Assembly: GCA_013239625.1 (NCBI GenBank) | Contig: MU053810.1 | Location: 6,854,122-6,918,121, forward strand | Direction of reading: 5' to 3' | Origin: Lama guanicoe | Lineage: Eukaryota | DNA length: 64,000 nt | Part shown: positions 62,698 to 64,000 of the stretch, piece after piece | Position numbering within the stretch: the first letter of the stretch is position 1 | Layout: each line of letters begins with the position of its first letter | The notes under the pieces: model-generated | Databases searched by the model: none | Told to the model about the DNA's origin: nothing | What the model saw: the letters and a program-made list of their open reading frames with translations, nothing else | Translations under genes and position numbers: made by a program

Positions 62698-63802
62698 TTT
62701 TTCACCATTGAGTACTACGCTGGCTGTAGGTTTGACATATATAGCTTTTATTATGTTGAGATATGTCCCCTCTATACCCACTTTGGTGAGGGTTTTTATC
62801 ATAATGGGTGTTGAATTTTATCAAATGCTTTTTCTGCATCTATTGAGATGATCATGTGGTTCCTTTCTCTTGTTGATGTGATGTATTACATTGATTGATT
62901 TGCATATGTTGAACTACCCTTGTGTCCCTGGGATGAACCCCACTTGGTCATGATGTGTTTTTATGTGCTGTTGGATTCTATTTGCTGATATTTTGGTGAG
63001 GATTTTGGCGCCTATATTCATCAGTGATACTGGCCTATAATTCTCTTTTTTGGTAGTGTCATTGCCTGGTTTTGGTATTAGGGTGATGGTGGCTTCATAG
63101 AATGAGTTTGAGAGTATTCCCTCCTTTTCAATCATCTGGAAGAGTTTGAGAAGGACTGGTATGAGTTCTTGTATGTTATCCTGCTCCTGGGCTTACATCC
63201 AGAAAGAATCCTACTTCAGGATGACACCTGCACCCCAATATTCATAGCAGCATTATTTACAATAGCCAAGACATGGAAACAGCCTAAGTGTCCATCAACA
63301 GCTGACTGGATAAAGAAGACGTGGTATATTTATACAACGGAATACTACTCAGCCATAAAAACCGACAACATAATGCCATTTGCAGCAACATGGATGTTCC
63401 TGGAGAATGTCATTCTAAGTGAAAAAAGCCAGAAAGAGAAAGAAAAATACCATATGAGATCACTTATATGTGGAATCTAATCAATCAATCAATCAATCAA
63501 TTAATCAAAGCATAAACATAGAACATAAATAGACTCATAGACATAGAATACAGACTTGTGGTTGCCAAGGGGGTGGGGGGGATGGGAAGAGATAGACTGG
63601 GATTTCAAAACTGTAGAATAGATAAACAAGATTATATTGTATAGCACAGGGAAATATATACAAGATCTTATGGTAGCTCACAGAGAAAGGAATGTGACAA
63701 TGAATATATATATATTTATGTATAATTGAAAAATTGTGCTCTACATTGGAATTTGACAAAACATTGATTATAAATCAATAAAAAATGTTAAAAAAAAAAA
63801 AA
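62698..63802 (+). mobile_element. Young 5'-inverted (twin-primed) LINE-1 with 14-bp TSD
   Basis: 62698-63177 is antisense ORF2 ([22 protein letters not shown]...[10 protein letters not shown]); 63178-63802 is the sense ORF2 C-terminus ([24 protein letters not shown]), 3'UTR and poly(A); TSD gaaaagtcaagcag at 62684-62697 and 63803-63816. Confidence 0.95.
63479..63507 (+). repeat. (AATC)n microsatellite within the L1 3'UTR
   Basis: aatcaatcaatcaatcaatcaattaatca at the ORF2 stop. Confidence 0.85.
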
Positions 63803-63839
63803 GAAAAGTCAAGCAGGGTACATAACTGGGGAGGCTACT

Positions 63840-64000
63840 TGGAAGGGATGCTGCTGGTGACTCACCCAGATCCCCTTTCACAAAATGATATACACACCCT
63901 CAGCTTCAGTCAGTGATGGCTGCTAAAGGTTCACAGCTACCTCCTTTCCTAGAGAACTGCCTTCCACTGAATGGGAGGTGCCTTATCTGGGAGGCTGCAT
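63840..64000 (+). mobile_element. ERVL LTR16-like LTR, 5' part (runs off the window)
   Basis: 'ggatgctgctggtgactcacccagatcccctttca...ggctgctaaaggttcacagct...gaactgccctt'. Confidence 0.65.

Noticed and set aside
1..64000. CRISPR arrays, prokaryotic operons, tRNA/rRNA/snRNA genes, mitochondrial insertions or non-retroviral endogenous viral elements
   Set aside because: None recognised by eye; the sequence is mammalian repeat-rich DNA. Small structured RNAs cannot be excluded without a covariance-model search.

Overview
AT-rich mammalian genomic DNA, probably from a camelid (camel/alpaca). That guess rests on recalled similarity of the youngest LINE-1 3' tails and on seeing no primate, rodent, ruminant, pig or carnivore SINEs. 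Roughly half the window is interspersed repeat: nested LINE-1 fragments of several ages, L2, MIR, one CR1/L3 relic, MaLR/ERVL LTRs, and Tigger and hAT-Charlie DNA transposons. I recognise no intact protein-coding gene. The main feature is a full-length CCDC91 processed pseudogene (15788-18335, +) with a poly(A) signal, a short poly(A) tail and a 19-bp target-site duplication (TSD). It carries an 89-nt frameshifting, stop-containing extra segment resembling a cassette exon and keeps a CpG-dense 5' end. Young L1 events include two 3'-tip insertions with perfect 16-bp TSDs, a twin-primed 5'-inverted L1 with a large internal deletion, and a 5'UTR-ORF1 fragment. The strong + orientation bias of L1s and a few minus-strand splice-site pairs suggest an intron of a minus-strand transcription unit, which I could not identify. 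I found no convincing undescribed biological system. Repeat subfamily names come from recalled consensus sequences, and repeat boundaries are approximate unless TSDs are given.
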